64,000 nt of DNA from assembly GCA_034670305.1 (NCBI GenBank), contig JAXMNT010000016.1, positions 1 to 64,000 on the forward strand. Direction: 5' to 3'. Shown here piece after piece: positions 28,285-38,761 of the stretch (the first letter of the stretch is position 1; each line of letters opens with the position of its first letter). A program made the translations under genes and the position numbers. Under the pieces are notes generated by a model. The model was not told the origin of the DNA and made no database searches. It saw only the letters and a program-made list of their open reading frames with translations. Source of the DNA: Deltaproteobacteria bacterium (lineage in GTDB: Bacteria > Myxococcota_A > Polyangia > Polyangiales > Houyiibacteriaceae).

Positions 28285-30519
28285 TCACCGCGCGCCGGCG
28301 CGGCGGCGGACCCACCACTCGAGGGAGAAGATCGCGGCCACGAGCGGAAGCATCCAGGGCGAGGCGAAGGGTGCCCGGCTGACCGTGCCGAGGTGTTCGG
28401 TGCGGGTGGCGTCGAACGAGTCGAGGCTCGGCGCATCGGAGGCGCGGTGCGAGGACCCGCCGGTCGCTTCCGACCAGGCCTGAAGTCGGTCGGGGCGGGC
28501 CCGTGGATCGGCGAGCTCTTCGCCGCCGGACTCCACCACGAACCACTGTTCGGCGATGTGCTGTTCCTGGGCCGCGCTGGGCGAGAGATCGAGCGCGACG
28601 GCCCGGTACGCGCCGGCCGCGGTGGGGCCAAGCAGTTCCACCTCCGCTTGGCCCTCCGCGTCGAGGACCACGTCCGCACCGCTCGTCTCGGCGCCTGCGG
28701 CATCGAGGAGTGCCAACCGCACCGAGCGCAGCGAGAGCGGCTGGTAGCGCGCGTCCCTCAGGTGCGCCCGCACCCGGACCGTCGCCTCGGGTCCGTAGCG
28801 CTCCCGATCGGTGGTGACGTGGGCCGGCTCGAGCGAGGGATCTCGGGAGAGCCATCGAAGGCTCCGGTCCCAGAACCGCTCATGCGCAGTCGCGTCGCCG
28901 GACACGCCGCCGCTCGGCAGGCCCCAGCGCCAGCTCGTGTCGGTGGTGAGCGCGAGCACCCGGCCTTGACCGAAGGTGCCGGTGACCAGCAGCGGAAGTT
29001 TGCCGCCGCGGCGGGCGCGCGCGCGCGGATGGGACAGGAGCACCTGCGCACCAGCGCGCACGCCGTCGACGAGGTTGGCCCCCTCGAGCGGCGCGAGCCG
29101 GGCCCACGCGGAGGCGGTGGCGGTGGGATCGGCGCCGAGCGCGACGAGTGGGTGCCGGATGCGCTCGGCATCGACCTCAGGCGCGTAGCTCCCCAGGGTG
29201 ACGAGCCGCTCGTCGAGGCCCGGTTGCGGATCGTCGATGCGCGGCAAGTCGACCGGCAGGATGTCGGCGATCGGCGTGTCCGCGTAGCCGCCGGAAGCGA
29301 AGCTCTTCTCGCCGCCGACCATCGCGAACGAACCGCCCCGCTCGACGTACGCCCGGATGCGCGGGAGGTAGCTCGCCATCTGGTAGGGGCCGTAGTCGAA
29401 GTCCTGGAACACGACGACGTCGAACGAGCCGAGGTGCTCGCGGAAGAGTTCGTCGGTCGGAAACGGAATGAGCGCCAGCTCGTCGGGCGGCGCCATCGTC
29501 AGGTCGCTCGTCGTACGCAGGATGAAGAACGAGATGAGATCGATGCCCGGGTCGCGCTCGAGAAACGACCGGAGGAACCGAACGTCCCAGGTGGGGTGGC
29601 CAGCCACGAGAAGCACCCGGAGTTTGTCGCGCTGCACGTGGATCAAGAACGCGCGCTCGTTGTTGGCGGGCACGTCGTCGTCGGCTTCTACCGGAATCGC
29701 GACCCGATACACCCCGCGCCCGAGCCGGCGTGGAACGAACGGCAGCACCACCGTGGTGGTCTCCCCCTCCGCGACGTGCGCGACCTGTTCGGCGACCACT
29801 TCGTTCCCCTCGTACAACGTCACGGGGATGTTGCGGTCGCCGCCGCCCGAGACCCGAAGCCCCACGCGCACCTGCGCGGGCCGGCGCAGGAATCCGACCC
29901 GGTCGCCTTCGAGCGAGACGAGCGCGTCGTCGCGCAGCTGTTCGTCCGCGCCCACGCTCACGGTGTGCACGCGCACTCCCCGCAACGACTCGGCGGCCAC
30001 GAACGCCGGGTCGATCTCATCGGACTCGGCGCCGTCGGACACCACGACCACCGCACCGAGCCGTTCGCCGACGTCCGCTTCGACGAGCGACTCGAGCGCA
30101 GCCGCCAAGCGGGTCTCGTCGTCCCGTGGCCTCACCGCAGCGTCGAGGTCCTGCCAGCTCGCCGGCTCGAGCAAACTCCCGAACCGCTGCAGCGTCGCTT
30201 CGTCGCTGTCGCCTTCCCACCGATCGAGCAGCGCTCGAACCGTCTGCGCGCGGTCGCCGACTTCCATGCTGCGCGAACCGTCGACCAAGACCGTCACGCG
30301 CCCTTCCCGTTCGTCGATGCGCTCCACCACCCAGCGCGGCTGCACACAGAGCAGCCAGCCCGCCATGGCGGTTGCGATGCGGAGCCCCAGCAACCACCCA
30401 CGGGTCCCGCGGTGCACCTCGAAGGCGACGAGCGCGGCGAACGCCAGACCGGCCACGAGCGCGACGACCCACCCCCCAGGCACGGCGAGTTCCGGCATCG
30501 GATCGAAGGTCTCGGTCAC
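28285..30519 (-). CDS. Membrane protein with VWA-like and glutamine-amidotransferase-like domains
   Basis: LVDGSRSM, VVVSDG, LVAGHPTWDVRFLR, DLISFFILRT, LIPFPTDELF, GGSFAMVGG, EWWVRRR C-terminus. Confidence 0.8.
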   Translation of the reverse strand: MTETFDPMPELAVPGGWVVALVAGLAFAALVAFEVHRGTRGWLLGLRIATAMAGWLLCVQPRWVVERIDEREGRVTVLVDGSRSMEVGDRAQTVRALLDRWEGDSDEATLQRFGSLLEPASWQDLDAAVRPRDDETRLAAALESLVEADVGERLGAVVVVSDGAESDEIDPAFVAAESLRGVRVHTVSVGADEQLRDDALVSLEGDRVGFLRRPAQVRVGLRVSGGGDRNIPVTLYEGNEVVAEQVAHVAEGETTTVVLPFVPRRLGRGVYRVAIPVEADDDVPANNERAFLIHVQRDKLRVLLVAGHPTWDVRFLRSFLERDPGIDLISFFILRTTSDLTMAPPDELALIPFPTDELFREHLGSFDVVVFQDFDYGPYQMASYLPRIRAYVERGGSFAMVGGEKSFASGGYADTPIADILPVDLPRIDDPQPGLDERLVTLGSYAPEVDAERIRHPLVALGADPTATASAWARLAPLEGANLVDGVRAGAQVLLSHPRARARRGGKLPLLVTGTFGQGRVLALTTDTSWRWGLPSGGVSGDATAHERFWDRSLRWLSRDPSLEPAHVTTDRERYGPEATVRVRAHLRDARYQPLSLRSVRLALLDAAGAETSGADVVLDAEGQAEVELLGPTAAGAYRAVALDLSPSAAQEQHIAEQWFVVESGGEELADPRARPDRLQAWSEATGGSSHRASDAPSLDSFDATRTEHLGTVSRAPFASPWMLPLVAAIFSLEWWVRRRAGAR

Positions 30520-30557
30520 CCGCGACTGGAGCAAGACGGACGTCAGGGACGCAAAGG

Positions 30558-31307
30558 TCAGGGTCCCCCTCCACCACGGCGGCGCATGATGAACGGCGCG
30601 TGCACCTGGTCGTCCTTGTAGTCGAGGCAGAGCGCATACATCACGAGGTTCACGCCGAGCCGGATCGCCACCTCGCGCTGCGCTTCGCCACCCGGTGTCA
30701 CCGGGTGCACCCAGCTGCCGAGGTTGTCGCGCGCCCACGCGCCGCCGAGATCATGCCGGCTGTACACCACCGCCAGACGTCCGCCCCGTTCGATGCCTTC
30801 GAGATGCGTTGGACCACGGACGCGCCCGACCGGCCGGTCGAGCAGGTAGAAGCTCCGGAAGACCGTGTGATCCGCTGGGAGGGGGGCGAGCGGTTGCCCG
30901 GGGAACGCGCGGGTCAGCGCGCGGCGCAGCGAACGATCGAACCCGCCGTTCGCTGGACCGTTGTCGTCCACGAGCACGAACCCGCCGAACTCCACGAACC
31001 GGCGCAGCCCGACGATCTCGGCCTCTGAGAGCGGCTCGAACGCCTCCGAACCCGGCCAGTACAGAAACGGGGATTCGAACAACCGAGGATCCGCGAGTCG
31101 CACTCGGCCCGGCCGGAGCACCGTCTCGATGCTGGTGCGTTTTCGGATCTCCCACGCCAAACGGCGCGGGGCGGTGGGCCGCGGTTCGGCCTGGCCGACA
31201 TCGACCGCGCGGATCTCGACGCGGGAGGGTTCCCCGAGCGCGTGCGCGACGGACGCGGAGAGAGCGGCCGAGACGAAGAGCGCGAGGAGCAGGAAACGAA
31301 GGTTCAC
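30558..31307 (-). CDS. DUF4159 domain protein
   Basis: LFESPFLYW, LRRFVEFGGFVLVDD, HTVFRSFYLL, DLGGAW, RLGVNLVMYALCLDYKDDQVH. Confidence 0.85.
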   Translation of the reverse strand: MNLRFLLLALFVSAALSASVAHALGEPSRVEIRAVDVGQAEPRPTAPRRLAWEIRKRTSIETVLRPGRVRLADPRLFESPFLYWPGSEAFEPLSEAEIVGLRRFVEFGGFVLVDDNGPANGGFDRSLRRALTRAFPGQPLAPLPADHTVFRSFYLLDRPVGRVRGPTHLEGIERGGRLAVVYSRHDLGGAWARDNLGSWVHPVTPGGEAQREVAIRLGVNLVMYALCLDYKDDQVHAPFIMRRRGGGGP

Positions 31308-32167
31308 GGGAAACGTACTTGTAGCCCGCCCTGAACCTCCGGCAAGAGCGTGAACCCGCGCAGGAATCGAACGATGACCCCGCCGGTCATGTAGAACGCC
31401 AGCCACCGGATGACGTCGACCTGCAGGCCGACTTCGCCGCGCAGCCCGACGTCCACGTCGGACCATTGATCGACGTCGCTCTGGGTCCAATCGAGAATCA
31501 CCCGCGCACCGAAGAGCCCTTTCACGATGGCGTCCTCGCTGGTGTACCCGCGCACGCCGATGCCGAAGATGCGGCCCGCGTTGCCCGCGATGCGATCGGC
31601 GTCGAGCTGCAGCATCGTCGAGACGGTGATCGCGAAGTTGTTGGCGACGGAATAGGAGAGTTCCAGGTCCAGAAAGGGCTCGCCCATCCGGTGGCAGAAC
31701 TCGTCCACTTCGACCGCCGGGTCGGTGGAGTCACAGCGCGGCCCGTCGCCGTACTTGATGCCGAAGTAGTAGTGAAAGCCGATGCCGAACCGGAGCGCGA
31801 ACGTGTGGATGTGGCGGCGATCTTCGAGCGACCGGGGGGCCGGTCCCGCCGAGTCGTCTTCCACCGTCTCCAGGACCCGTTCGCGTTCGACCGGCGGGTT
31901 CTGCGCTGCGTCGGCGGCCGTCGTGTCCGTGGTGGCCGTCGCGTCGGGCACTGCGTCGTCTTCGGGCCCAGTTTCGTTCGGGTCGGCATCGTCGAGCGCG
32001 CCTTCCCGTTCGCCCGAAACTGCCCCGTCTGGCGGCTCCGCCGCGTCTCGGGATTCCGCGGGAGCGGCCACCGGTTCGGTCGTGCCGACGGGCGTCGCGC
32101 GCCTCGGCGCTTGGGCCGCGGCGGACGTGGCCCAGAGAAGAAGAATCGCGACGAAGCAACAGCGCAT
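31304..32167 (-). CDS. Secreted protein, probable outer-membrane beta-barrel
   Basis: Signal peptide (SAAAQA), acidic linker, alternating beta-strand pattern ending GGLQVRFP. Confidence 0.65.
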   Translation of the reverse strand: MRCCFVAILLLWATSAAAQAPRRATPVGTTEPVAAPAESRDAAEPPDGAVSGEREGALDDADPNETGPEDDAVPDATATTDTTAADAAQNPPVERERVLETVEDDSAGPAPRSLEDRRHIHTFALRFGIGFHYYFGIKYGDGPRCDSTDPAVEVDEFCHRMGEPFLDLELSYSVANNFAITVSTMLQLDADRIAGNAGRIFGIGVRGYTSEDAIVKGLFGARVILDWTQSDVDQWSDVDVGLRGEVGLQVDVIRWLAFYMTGGVIVRFLRGFTLLPEVQGGLQVRFP

Positions 32168-32214
32168 CTGCCCAGTCAGCCAAATCGGCCGACGCACGTC
32201 AACGTCGCAGGCGG

Positions 32215-33318
32215 TCAGTGACAACCGGGAAGCACGCCGCCCTCGAGTTCGATGCGGTAGCGGAGCCGGCCCGTCGCCGCCTCCGTGCCGAAGAGGCGGC
32301 AGTCGTCATCGAGCATCACGACCTGCGCCTCGAGTTCGATGCGTTCGAGCATCTCGAGCGCGCGCCGCGGTCCGAGCACGAACGCGGCGGTCGAGAGCGC
32401 ATCGGCATAGAGGCCCTCGGGCGCGATCAGGGTGACGCTCACGGTCTGGTCGACCGGCAGGCCGGTCCGAGGGTTCAGGATGTGGTGCCAGCGTTTTCCC
32501 TGGGGATCGATGAACACGTGTTCGTAATCTCCGCTGGTGCTGACCGAACCACCGTCGATCTCGAAGAACGCAAAGTGATCTTCCCGCCGGGGGTGCTGGA
32601 TGCCGACGCGCCAGGGACGCCCCCCACCCGGCGCATCTGGGTCGGGCCTCAGTCCATGCACCTGCACCTGCCCACCGCCGAAGAGCATGTAGCTCTCGAT
32701 GCCCGCGCCTCGAAGAATCGCCCCCGCGCGATCGAGCGCGTAGCCCTTGGCGATGCCCCCGGTGCCGATCGCCATGCCGACGTTCTTGAGAAAGACCGTG
32801 CGCGCTTCTTCATCGATCTCGATCGCCGTCCAGTCGATCAACCGCAGGCGCGGTCGCACTTCGCGTCGGTCGGGGATGCGCTGTCTTCCAGGACGAAAGT
32901 CGTAGAGCCCGCGGAGGGCCGCCCACGACAGATCGAACGCGCCGTCGCTCCATCGCGAGACATCGACCCCGGCTTTCACCACCCGGAACACGTCTTCGGA
33001 CACCCGCACCGGCGCAATGCCCGCCTGCTGATTGATGCGGCTGATCTCGCTGTCCTCCCGCCACTCGCTCAGCACCGTTTCGAGCCGGCCGATCTCTTCG
33101 AATGCCCGGCGGATGGCCGGACCGCCGACGTCGGCGGTCGCGTTCACCGAGATTCGAAACACCGTACCCATGTACGGTCGGCTGCGGGTCAGGAGCTCGC
33201 GCTCCGGCTCTGGGACGTCCTCACGGGGGGCCGGCGGATCCAACCGAACTTCTTCGACCTGCTCTGGCGCACTGGGGCCGCAGGCGAGCGCAAGAAGAAG
33301 TGCGAACCGGAGATTCAT
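32215..33318 (-). CDS. apbE: FAD:protein FMN transferase ApbE (lipoprotein)
   Basis: MGTVFRI, SEISRIN, GGIAKGYALD, WRVGIQHPR, STSGDYE, HHILNPRTG, ADALSTA. Confidence 0.95.
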   Translation of the reverse strand: MNLRFALLLALACGPSAPEQVEEVRLDPPAPREDVPEPERELLTRSRPYMGTVFRISVNATADVGGPAIRRAFEEIGRLETVLSEWREDSEISRINQQAGIAPVRVSEDVFRVVKAGVDVSRWSDGAFDLSWAALRGLYDFRPGRQRIPDRREVRPRLRLIDWTAIEIDEEARTVFLKNVGMAIGTGGIAKGYALDRAGAILRGAGIESYMLFGGGQVQVHGLRPDPDAPGGGRPWRVGIQHPRREDHFAFFEIDGGSVSTSGDYEHVFIDPQGKRWHHILNPRTGLPVDQTVSVTLIAPEGLYADALSTAAFVLGPRRALEMLERIELEAQVVMLDDDCRLFGTEAATGRLRYRIELEGGVLPGCH

Positions 33319-33369
33319 CCAGGCAGAAGTCTAGGGCTACGGGTCCGAACTGTCTGAACGTTCTTCGAA

Positions 33370-34512
33370 TCAGCGCTCGGTGATCGGGGTCAGCGTGCGG
33401 TCGGCTTCGCCCATCCAGATCTGGGAGGGCCGGAAGATGCGGTTGTCTTGGAGCTGCTCGAGCAGGTGGGCGAGCCAGCCAGCGACGCGCGAGATCGCGA
33501 ACACGGGCGTGAAGAGATCGGTGGGGATGCCCATCTTCTCGTAGACGATGCCCGAGTAGAAATCGACGTTCGGGTAGATGCCCTTGTGGCCGACGAGTTC
33601 TTCCATCTGGGTCTCGAGCCGGGTCGCGACATCGTAGATCGGGGTGCGGCCGTAGCGCTCGAAGAGGTCGGTGGCGAGATCCTGCAGGATGGTCGCGCGC
33701 GGGTCTTTGACCTTGTACACGCGGTGGCCGAAGCCCGTGACCTTCTCCTTGCGGGCGAGCCGATCCTCGGCCCAGCGACGCACACCTTCTTTCGACGGAT
33801 CGTCGATGAGTCGCAGCATCTCGAGCACCCGCTCGTTCGCGCCGCCATGGAGCGGACCGGCGAGCGAGCCAATGGCCGAGGTCACCGCAGCGTACGGGTC
33901 TGCGAGCGTCGAACCGGTCACGCGCGCGGTGAACGTCGACGCGTTCATCGAGTGTTCGGCGTGGAGCGTGAGCGCCACGTCCATCACCTTCACCATCAGC
34001 TCGTTCGGCTCTTCCCCTTCAAGCATGTAGAGAAAGTTCGCCGCGTGGCTGAGGTCGGTGCGGGGTTCGATCGGATGATCGCCCCGGCGGATGCGGTGCC
34101 AGGCCGCGACCACGGTCGGAAGTTTGGCCACGAGCCGGACCGCGCTGAGGCGTCGGAACTCGAGGTCGGCGACGTGGTCGCCCGGGTAGAACATGCCCAT
34201 GCAGGCGACGGCCGCGGTCAACGCGTCCATCGGGTGTCCGCGCTCCGGCAGGTTCTTCAGCACGTCGACGATGCGGAACTTGAGTCCGCGCTCCGAGGCG
34301 AGCTCCGCGGAGAACGCGTCGAGCTCGGCCTGGGTCGGGAGGGTGCCGACGTGAAGAAGGTAGACCACTTCTTCGTAGGTGCAGTGCTCCGCGAGCTGCT
34401 CGATCGGGAAGCCGCGGTATTGGAGTTTGCCCACCGTTCCGTCGATGAGGCACACACTCGATTGCGCACAGGGCACTCCGGCGAGGCCGGGCACGAAGGT
34501 CTTCTCGGTCAT
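33370..34512 (-). CDS. gltA: Citrate synthase (or 2-methylcitrate synthase)
   Basis: PGLAGV, LQYRGF, LHAEHSMNASTF, GPLHGGANE, GFGHRVYK, YPNVDFYSG, RIFRP. Confidence 0.92.
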   Translation of the reverse strand: MTEKTFVPGLAGVPCAQSSVCLIDGTVGKLQYRGFPIEQLAEHCTYEEVVYLLHVGTLPTQAELDAFSAELASERGLKFRIVDVLKNLPERGHPMDALTAAVACMGMFYPGDHVADLEFRRLSAVRLVAKLPTVVAAWHRIRRGDHPIEPRTDLSHAANFLYMLEGEEPNELMVKVMDVALTLHAEHSMNASTFTARVTGSTLADPYAAVTSAIGSLAGPLHGGANERVLEMLRLIDDPSKEGVRRWAEDRLARKEKVTGFGHRVYKVKDPRATILQDLATDLFERYGRTPIYDVATRLETQMEELVGHKGIYPNVDFYSGIVYEKMGIPTDLFTPVFAISRVAGWLAHLLEQLQDNRIFRPSQIWMGEADRTLTPITER

Positions 34513-34625
34513 GGAGAGGCCGACTCCTACTTGGGGACAAAAATGGGGGTTGGGGGCGCGAGACCGTAGCACGAGCGTTCCCGAGAGCGGGTTGGGAGCG
34601 TCGGTCTACGGGAAATGCTGGGGTG

Positions 34626-34928
34626 CTATTGAACGATCCAACCCGCCAGCGCCAGTGCAAGCTCGGGCCGGGGTTCGGCGAGTTCGAGATCCGCTTGTAC
34701 GGCCCGAGCGCTGGGGCGCCACCCCGCACGGTGCACCCCACCCGTGAGGAGGATCGTCAATCCGGCCCGTGGGAAATGCTCGAGGCCGAGCGCCAACTGG
34801 TCGGAATCGAAGCTGGGGTCGAGGTCCTTCGCGGCGGCGAGCAGGTGCACCCGAAACGAGTGGGCGGCGGAGTCGTCCAGCGCACCGGCCAACGCGCATC
34901 GGCAGGCGTTGGCGCTTGCCGAAGGCAC
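34626..34928 (-). CDS. Small hypothetical protein
   Basis: Protein-like stretch (ALAGALDDSAAHSFRVHLLAAAKDLDPSFD...) fills the gap between co-oriented genes; start uncertain. Confidence 0.35.
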   Translation of the reverse strand: MPSASANACRCALAGALDDSAAHSFRVHLLAAAKDLDPSFDSDQLALGLEHFPRAGLTILLTGGVHRAGWRPSARAVQADLELAEPRPELALALAGWIVQ

Positions 34929-34981
34929 GATCGAGGGCTCGGAGGCGCGCGTTTCACCCGCGATGGGAAGTCGGCGTTTGC

Positions 34982-35635
34982 TCAACGCGGACCCTTCTCG
35001 ACTTCCAGGTCCGCGACTTCCCACGCCAGAAACCCGCCCTCGAGGTATTTCACCAGGATGCCTTCCGAAACCAGCTGGGTGGCCACCGTCTTGGCTTCGT
35101 CGGAACGACCGTAGAGAACGGGGAGTTTGCCGTCCTCGAAGTCGAGCTCGTCCTTGCGTTCGGGCAGGTCGTCCGTTGGCAGGTTGATCGCGCCGGGCAG
35201 CCGGTAGCGTGCGTAGGCGGCGGGATCCCGCACGTCGACCGGGCGGGCACCGCCACCGACGATCATCGCCGCGAGCGCTTCGGGGTCGAGGGCGAGGTCG
35301 TCCTTGCCGAGCAGCGGCTCCACCAGCTTCTCGAGCGCGGACTTGGGCACCGCGCCGAGCTGATGCCCGACGACCTTGCCGCCCTTGAGCGCCACGAACA
35401 TCGGGATGGAGCTCGCCCGAAACATCTGGGCACACATCGGGTTGTGGTCGATGTCGATCGAGACGACCTTGAGACGCCCCGCCAGCTCCTGGGCGAGCTT
35501 CGCCACGACGGGCGCCATCTGTTTGCAGGGCCCGCACCACGCCGCGTGGAGATCGACGAGCACCCCGAGCGGTTCGTTCATGACCTCCTGCTCGAAGCTC
35601 GCGTCGGTGACGACGACCACGTTGCCAGACATCAT
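34982..35635 (-). CDS. Thioredoxin fused to a rhodanese-like domain
   Basis: WCGPC active site and SIPM cis-Pro motif; C-terminal VDVR...RLPGAINLP...YLEGGFLAW. Confidence 0.88.
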   Translation of the reverse strand: MMSGNVVVVTDASFEQEVMNEPLGVLVDLHAAWCGPCKQMAPVVAKLAQELAGRLKVVSIDIDHNPMCAQMFRASSIPMFVALKGGKVVGHQLGAVPKSALEKLVEPLLGKDDLALDPEALAAMIVGGGARPVDVRDPAAYARYRLPGAINLPTDDLPERKDELDFEDGKLPVLYGRSDEAKTVATQLVSEGILVKYLEGGFLAWEVADLEVEKGPR

Positions 35636-36318
35636 CAGTATCCCTTTCCTGCGGCGCCACCGGACACGATGGCGACGCCTGCGCTGCACCCAAGCCGGTT
35701 CGCGCCGGCCTTCACCATGGCGTCGGCGGTGGCGGCGTCGCGAATGCCGCCGCTGGCTTTGACGCCCACCGCAGGACCCACTTCGTCCCGCATCCACCGC
35801 ACGGCGTCGAGGGTCGCCCCACCCGAACCGAAGCCCGTGGAGGTCTTCACGAACGCGGCGCCGGCAGCCACCGACACGGCCGAGGCACGGCGCACGAACG
35901 CCTCGGGTCGGCCAAACGTCTCGAGGATGACCTTCACGGCCCGCTCCTCCGCAGCGTCCACCACCGCGGCCAAGTCCGCCTGGATCTCCGACCAGTCCTC
36001 GAGCCCCTGATGCATCACCACGTCGATCTCGCCCGCCCCGGCTGCCACCGCAGCGCGCGTCTCGGCGACCTTGGCGGCGGTCGTGGCGTTTCCATGCGGA
36101 AAGCCGACCACCGAACACACCTTCACGGATGCAAGCGTGGGTGATTCTCGAAGCCGACGCAGCGTCGCAGACGCCTGCGCCACCCACGAGGACGCCACGC
36201 AGACGGTGCAAAACCCGTGCGTGAGGGCCTCTTCGCACGCTGCGTCGATGTCCTGCGCATGGGCGCCCGGAGCGAGGACGGTGTGGTCGATCAAGCCGGC
36301 GAGGTCGGACCGCTGCAT
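35635..36318 (-). CDS. deoC: Deoxyribose-phosphate aldolase
   Basis: IDHTVL, SVVGFPHG, EIDVV, VKVILET, FVKTSTGF, GVKASGGIR. Confidence 0.95.
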   Translation of the reverse strand: MQRSDLAGLIDHTVLAPGAHAQDIDAACEEALTHGFCTVCVASSWVAQASATLRRLRESPTLASVKVCSVVGFPHGNATTAAKVAETRAAVAAGAGEIDVVMHQGLEDWSEIQADLAAVVDAAEERAVKVILETFGRPEAFVRRASAVSVAAGAAFVKTSTGFGSGGATLDAVRWMRDEVGPAVGVKASGGIRDAATADAMVKAGANRLGCSAGVAIVSGGAAGKGY

Positions 36319-36443
36319 CGCTGGCCACCATACGAGGCGCGGGCCGACGCGCCAACCGATGCGGGCGGTTGCGGGGACCATCCGTCGGTGCGCGCGTTTC
36401 TCGGTGTGCGTAACAGCCGCGATGGGCTACGGTCCGGCCGTTC

Positions 36444-38735
36444 ATGGACGTCACCTGCGAGCGGTGCGGTACCGAGTACGAGTTTGACGAAACGCTCGTC
36501 TCCGACCGCGGAACGACCGTGAAATGCACCAACTGCGGTCACCTCTTCAAGGTGTACCCGCCTGGTGCCGAACCCGGCAGCAGCGACCGTGCGTGGATCG
36601 TGCGAAAGAAGTCCGGCGGCACCGAGAAGCTCGGCAGCTTGCGGGAGCTTCAACAGCGGATCACCGAGGGCAAGGTCGACGAAGACGACGAGCTGTCCCG
36701 CTCCGGTGCGGCGTGGAAGCGGCTCGGGGACATCGCCGAGCTGCAGACCTTCTTCCTGGCCGCCAAAGCCGCCGCGACGGTGCCGGACAGCGGACAGGGG
36801 CCTCCCAAGAAGCAGACGCTCTTCGGCGTGGGCGCCGCCCCGTCGGTCCCAGCGCCGCCCTCGCCTCCCCACACGAGTCCTCCGAGCGCGCCGCCGCCAC
36901 GGCCTCAGCCCACCCCCCCGCGACCTCAGTCGGTGCGGCCTGCGCCGCCACCCCCACGCCCGTCCTCGAGGCCGACGCCTCCGCCCGCGCGCCCGGTTCG
37001 GCAAGAGATGCCCCGCGCTCCGATGATGTCCGAGGCGCCCCCGGACACCGCCGCGGGTCGCGCCCGCGCGCCCACCCTCGACGACCCGGCCGCCACCGCG
37101 CCGGCCAAACAGCAGCGTGCGCCCAAGACCAGCGAACCGCCGGCGTCGGCGCGCCCCCGCAAGAAGGCGCTCTACCTCGACGAAGAGGAGGCCCCTGCCC
37201 TGCCCACCAAACGCAGTGGCGGCGCCGGACTGTGGGTGTTGCTGCTCGTGCTCGTCGGAGGCGGCGTCGCCGCCGCGCTGAACTGGGACTCGATCGCACC
37301 GATGATCGGCCTCGGCGAAGCGGCGGAAGAGGATCCGATCGCGTCGTTCCTCGCGGCTGGCGAAGCGGCGTTGGCGCTCGACACCGAAGCTGGCTACCGA
37401 GACGCCATTCGAGAGTTCACCCGCGCGAGCGCGCTCGCGGAGCGCGACGAGCGGGTGCTGGTCGCCCTCTCGCGAACCCACGCGGCGATGGCGCAAGCGT
37501 TGACCTTTCACGCGTCCGACTTGCGCGCGCGCTCGGCCCAGGACCCGGCCGCCGCGGGGGGTGCGGAGCGGGTGGAACGCGACGCGGCATCGCACGCCGA
37601 ACAAGCCAAGAACTACGGCGAAGAGACCCTGCGCTACCACCCGGCGAGCGCCGAAGGCGAGCTGGTCCTGGCCGACGCATTGCGGCTCACCGGCGAGCTG
37701 TCCGATGCCCGCCACCACATGGACCGAAGCGGCTCGATGCGGGACGAACCGACCGCGATGCTGCACCTCGGTCGAGGGCTCCTGATCGTGGCCGAACGCG
37801 AGGCCGAGCAACCGAGCGCGCCCGCGGATCCGCCCGAAGGCGAGGCTCCGAGCCCTGCCGGTCCGCCGAGCATCCTCGCCGGTCGCGAGGGCTTCGAAGC
37901 CGCGGTGCGGCTCGATGGCTCGTTGCTCCGCGCACGGCTCGCGCTGGCCCGCATGCACCTCGCCGCGAACGACGTGGAGACCGCCCGGTCGGAACTCGCA
38001 GCAGTTCGCGCGGTGGTCTCCAACCATGCCGCGGCGCAGGCCCTGTCGGAAGCGATCGACCAGGGCCTCGCGCCTGCGCCCGCCGTCGTCGAGCTGGGGG
38101 CGGACGCGGGGGTTGGCGAGACCACCGAGACCACCGAGACCACGGCGCCCTCGGAGACCGCGATGACCACCGTCATGGGTGGTGGAGGCGGAGGCGGCGG
38201 CGACGATCGGGTCACGCCGGGCCGCCGCGACTACAGCTGGTTCATCCGCGAAGGCGGTCGCCTGCTGCAAGCCGGCAACACGTCCGAAGCCAACCAGATG
38301 TACCAGTCGGCGCTCGAGCTCCGGCCTGGGAGTTCGGAAGCGAACAGCGGGTTGGGGTACGTCGCGCTCGCCCAGGGCCGCGCGTCGCAAGCCGCGTCTC
38401 TCTTCCGGGCCGCGGCGCTGAACGACTACGGCGATGCCTACATCGGCCTGGCCGACGCGTACCGGCGCATGGGCCGCACCGAAGACGCCGTCACGACCTA
38501 CCGCCGCTACCTGAGCAGCCGCCCGAGCGGACCCCACGCCGGACTCGCCCGCCGGCAAATCGAAGCGCTCGCTCCGGAGGTCGCCACGATGGACACGACC
38601 ATGGACGAGGCCATGGAGGCGACGCCCATGGAAGAGACCCCGATGACCGAGACGATGGAGCAGGCGCCGACGGAACAAGTTCCGATGGAAGCGGCGCCAA
38701 CCGAGATGGCGCCGCCAGTCGAAGACGACTTCTAA
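36444..38735 (+). CDS. MJ0042-type zinc-ribbon / Pro-rich / TM / TPR protein
   Basis: MDVTCERCGTEY...TVKCTNCGHLF; LQQRI...DELSRSG..WKRLGDIAEL; Pro-rich linker; one TM; TPR-like helices. Confidence 0.85.
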   Translation: MDVTCERCGTEYEFDETLVSDRGTTVKCTNCGHLFKVYPPGAEPGSSDRAWIVRKKSGGTEKLGSLRELQQRITEGKVDEDDELSRSGAAWKRLGDIAELQTFFLAAKAAATVPDSGQGPPKKQTLFGVGAAPSVPAPPSPPHTSPPSAPPPRPQPTPPRPQSVRPAPPPPRPSSRPTPPPARPVRQEMPRAPMMSEAPPDTAAGRARAPTLDDPAATAPAKQQRAPKTSEPPASARPRKKALYLDEEEAPALPTKRSGGAGLWVLLLVLVGGGVAAALNWDSIAPMIGLGEAAEEDPIASFLAAGEAALALDTEAGYRDAIREFTRASALAERDERVLVALSRTHAAMAQALTFHASDLRARSAQDPAAAGGAERVERDAASHAEQAKNYGEETLRYHPASAEGELVLADALRLTGELSDARHHMDRSGSMRDEPTAMLHLGRGLLIVAEREAEQPSAPADPPEGEAPSPAGPPSILAGREGFEAAVRLDGSLLRARLALARMHLAANDVETARSELAAVRAVVSNHAAAQALSEAIDQGLAPAPAVVELGADAGVGETTETTETTAPSETAMTTVMGGGGGGGGDDRVTPGRRDYSWFIREGGRLLQAGNTSEANQMYQSALELRPGSSEANSGLGYVALAQGRASQAASLFRAAALNDYGDAYIGLADAYRRMGRTEDAVTTYRRYLSSRPSGPHAGLARRQIEALAPEVATMDTTMDEAMEATPMEETPMTETMEQAPTEQVPMEAAPTEMAPPVEDDF

Positions 38736-38761
38736 GAGGGCCCTTGCCCTGTTGATCGGGA

